From: Candidatus Sumerlaeaceae bacterium
GTDB taxonomy: Bacteria; Sumerlaeota; Sumerlaeia; Sumerlaeales; Sumerlaeaceae
Assembly (NCBI GenBank): GCA_049968255.1
Contig: JBMFRB010000004.1
Span: 64,001 to 128,000 of the forward strand
DNA: 64,000 nucleotides
Direction of reading: 5' to 3'
Under the pieces are notes generated by a model, which saw only the letters and a program-made list of their open reading frames with translations, was not told where the DNA came from and ran no database searches. The position numbers and the translations under genes are program-made. Of the stretch, positions 61,481-64,000 are shown in pieces. The first letter of the stretch is position 1, and each line of letters begins with the position of its first letter.

Positions 61481-63697
61481 ATGATAGACAGTAACGGTAT
61501 GAGCGAGCCAGCACTTTCCGAGACGACGGATATACTCGAGTATATTCTCGGGGATCAAAAGGGCCGTTATTCGGCGGACGACCGTGCACTGCTGACTCGG
61601 GCTTACAAGTTTGCTGAAAGTGCGCACGAAGGCCAACTTCGTGCATCGGGTGAACCTTACATCACGCATTGCGTGGAAACGGCGCGTATTCTGTCCACTC
61701 TTCTGCGCGATCCCACAACTTTAGCCGCCGGTTTGCTTCACGATACCGTCGAAGATTGCGGTGTCACCTTAGACCAACTCGCCCACGAATTCTCGCCGGT
61801 CATTGCCGCGCTCGTGGAAGGTGTCACGAAAATCAGTAGCCTGAAATTGAAAGGCAGTCGTGAGGAAAAGGTTGAAACACTGCGCAGGCTAATGCTCGCC
61901 ATGGCGAAGGACCTGCGCGTCATTATTATCAAGTTTGCCGACCGCATTCATAATTTGCGCACCTTGTCTTGGCTTCCGGAAGAAAAACAAAAACGCATCG
62001 CCGAAGAATCCCTCGAATTATTTGCGCCACTTGCGGGGCGCCTTGGCATGTCACGAGTCAAGGCCGAGCTCGAGGATCTCGCGATGCAGTACCTGTACCC
62101 CGAAGCGTACGAGGCGCTGGTGCGTGAACTCGCTCGACATCGTGGGCAGCACGAAGCCGTCATCGAGAAAGTGTCCAACATCCTTCGCGCCACGCTCGAA
62201 AAACATGACGTCCGTGCCGACATTCAAGGGCGCACTAAGCATCTCTACTCCATTTGGAAAAAGATGCAGCGCCAAGGGATCGGCCTCAATTCGGTCTACG
62301 ATATCATGGCGGTCCGCGTGATTTGCGCCGGCACGCCTGACGATTGCTATAAGGTTCTTGGCCTTATCCATAGTCGTTGGCCTCCCATACCAGGCCGCTT
62401 TCGTGATTTCATCGCCGCCCCGAAAGAAAACGGTTACCAATCGCTCCATACCACTGTCCTCGGGCCACACAATCAGCGGGTGGAGATTCAGATCCGTACA
62501 CAGGAGATGCACCGGATTGCGGAAGAAGGGGTGGCATCGCACTGGAAATATAAAGAGGGGGTGCGCGGCGACCACGACCTTGAGGACAAGCTCGTCTGGC
62601 TTCGCCGTCTCGTGGACTGGATACAAGATGTGCGGGACCCCACAGATTTTGTTGAAGCCCTAAAGGTCGACCTCAGCAACGACACGGTGTTCTGCTTTAC
62701 GCCCAAAGGCGACGTCGTCGAGCTTCCGGCTGGGGCTACGGCTTTGGACTTCGCCTATTATATTCACTCCTCAGTCGGAACTCACTGCGTGGGAGCCGTC
62801 GTGAACGACGCAATGGTCCCGCTTCGCTACGAGCTGAAAACCGGCGACGTCGTCGAGATCAAAACTTCTTCTAAGGCACACCCCACACCCGATTGGCTGG
62901 GCATCGCAAAGACGTCGCGTGCGCGCACGAAGATAAAGCATTGGATCCGCCAGCAGCGGCTGAGTCCCGAAAACGTCCAGAAAGGAAAAGAAGCCCTGTC
63001 GAGGGCACTACGCACGCGCAACTTGCCGGTGGATTGGGAGGAGATTGAGAAGCGGCTTGCTCCATCGCTAAAACACTATCAGGTCCAGAGCTTCGAAGAA
63101 TTCTGCGGGGAGGTTGGTTTTGGCGGCATCGAGCCTGCAGCCGCAATCAGTCGTGCCTACCCTGAGTTGTCTCGCACTGCAGCCCCGCAAGTCAAAGCTT
63201 CAAGCTCTACAAAGAAGAAGCAGACGGGTGGTATTATTGTCGCGGATCTGCGCGAAGCATATCTCCGGATTGCTCAATGTTGTGCTCCCGTGCCGGGTGA
63301 TCGAATTATTGGCTTCGTTACCGTCGGCCGCGGTGTCACCATCCACTGTGAAGAATGTCCCCATATTCGTCGCATGAGGGAGGACGCGCAGCTCAGTCAA
63401 CGCTTGCTTCCTGCCGAGTGGGATCTTGCCAAATGTTCGAGTTTTGAAGTCGGGTTACGCGTTGAATGCGCCGACAGAGCAGGGTTGTTAGCTGACGTTA
63501 CGGCGGCGATTACCGCTGAAAAGGTATTTATCCTTGGCAGCAACACAAAAAGCCAGCCAGCAAAGAATACCGCTATTCTCAATTTCCGCGTCCGTGTCAG
63601 CAGTTCTGCTCAGCTTTCCTATCTCTTTGCCGCCATCAAAAGCGTGAAAGGCGTCTTGCGAGTCACGCGTGTCGGGATGCTGCACAATTCGGCTTGA
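61481..63697 (+). CDS. rel: bifunctional (p)ppGpp synthetase/hydrolase (Rel/SpoT)
   Basis: R.SGEPY..H, HDTVED, ADR.HN, GYQSLH, EIQIRT, TGS (FTPKG), CC.P.PGD, ACT. Confidence 0.95.
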   Translation: MIDSNGMSEPALSETTDILEYILGDQKGRYSADDRALLTRAYKFAESAHEGQLRASGEPYITHCVETARILSTLLRDPTTLAAGLLHDTVEDCGVTLDQLAHEFSPVIAALVEGVTKISSLKLKGSREEKVETLRRLMLAMAKDLRVIIIKFADRIHNLRTLSWLPEEKQKRIAEESLELFAPLAGRLGMSRVKAELEDLAMQYLYPEAYEALVRELARHRGQHEAVIEKVSNILRATLEKHDVRADIQGRTKHLYSIWKKMQRQGIGLNSVYDIMAVRVICAGTPDDCYKVLGLIHSRWPPIPGRFRDFIAAPKENGYQSLHTTVLGPHNQRVEIQIRTQEMHRIAEEGVASHWKYKEGVRGDHDLEDKLVWLRRLVDWIQDVRDPTDFVEALKVDLSNDTVFCFTPKGDVVELPAGATALDFAYYIHSSVGTHCVGAVVNDAMVPLRYELKTGDVVEIKTSSKAHPTPDWLGIAKTSRARTKIKHWIRQQRLSPENVQKGKEALSRALRTRNLPVDWEEIEKRLAPSLKHYQVQSFEEFCGEVGFGGIEPAAAISRAYPELSRTAAPQVKASSSTKKKQTGGIIVADLREAYLRIAQCCAPVPGDRIIGFVTVGRGVTIHCEECPHIRRMREDAQLSQRLLPAEWDLAKCSSFEVGLRVECADRAGLLADVTAAITAEKVFILGSNTKSQPAKNTAILNFRVRVSSSAQLSYLFAAIKSVKGVLRVTRVGMLHNSA

Positions 63698-63870
63698 CAT
63701 TGCCCAAATCTCTGGCACACCGTGTGTCTAGCGTGGACACAAGTCCGACTCCCTCCTCCTCGACTAAACTTGAAGCGTGAATGCTTAAGCTCCTGTTCTG
63801 ATAATAATTTTCGTGTAAGTTTTTGCCTAGGCTGCAACGCGGCACAAAAAATGTTTCCTCTAGGCTTGCG

Positions 63871-64000
63871 ATGAAAACGGCATGGCTGATTTTAGGAATT
63901 GCATCGGTAACGAGTGTGGGTTGGACACAGTCACTCACTCCCAAGCGCCCGGGACTTGCGCCAGAAGATAACCGCCTACCTGGGGCGGGCGTGGAGATGG
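63871..64000 (+). CDS. possible 5' start of an exported protein, truncated by the window edge
   Basis: MKTAWLILGIASVTSVGWTQ.. is open to the edge and signal-peptide-like. Confidence 0.35.
   Translation, partial: MKTAWLILGIASVTSVGWTQSLTPKRPGLAPEDNRLPGAGVEM

Noticed and set aside
63713-63727. TGGCAC sigma-54-like site
   Set aside because: The -12 element reads GTGT rather than TTGC
1-64000. CRISPR arrays, IS elements, prophage, defence systems, rRNA
   Set aside because: No regularly spaced repeats or hallmark proteins seen by eye; intergenic gaps are all under about 450 nt

Overview
Gene-dense chromosomal window from a diderm bacterium (MsbA, GT9, LolC/D). Phylum Sumerlaeota/BRC1 is my unverified guess from gene style. 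It holds about 50 CDSs, mostly scattered housekeeping genes (coaX, birA, atpG, ilvD, proC, hppA, atpC, metG, hisB, dapF, rnhB, rel), plus two surface-glycan clusters, a LacI-controlled sugar ABC locus, one tRNA-Ser(TGA) and a clear c-di-AMP (ydaO) riboswitch before a KimA-like K+ transporter. I saw no transposase, integrase, prophage or CRISPR array. Best leads: (1) a LMW/YwlE-type phosphatase whose catalytic Cys is replaced by Asp, fused to three AT-hooks and a histone-like tail; (2) an MsbA-like exporter with a STAS-like domain in a predicted periplasmic loop; (3) a secreted protein ending in a bare LPVxLSxFxxE motif, a possible sorting signal; (4) a recurrent [ST][ST]x[ST] tetrapeptide in exported proteins; (5) a candidate sigma-54 operon of exported proteins with a degenerate UshA-like CxC protein; (6) ATP synthase gamma and epsilon genes outside any atp operon. 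All family calls come from motif recognition by eye; no database search was run.
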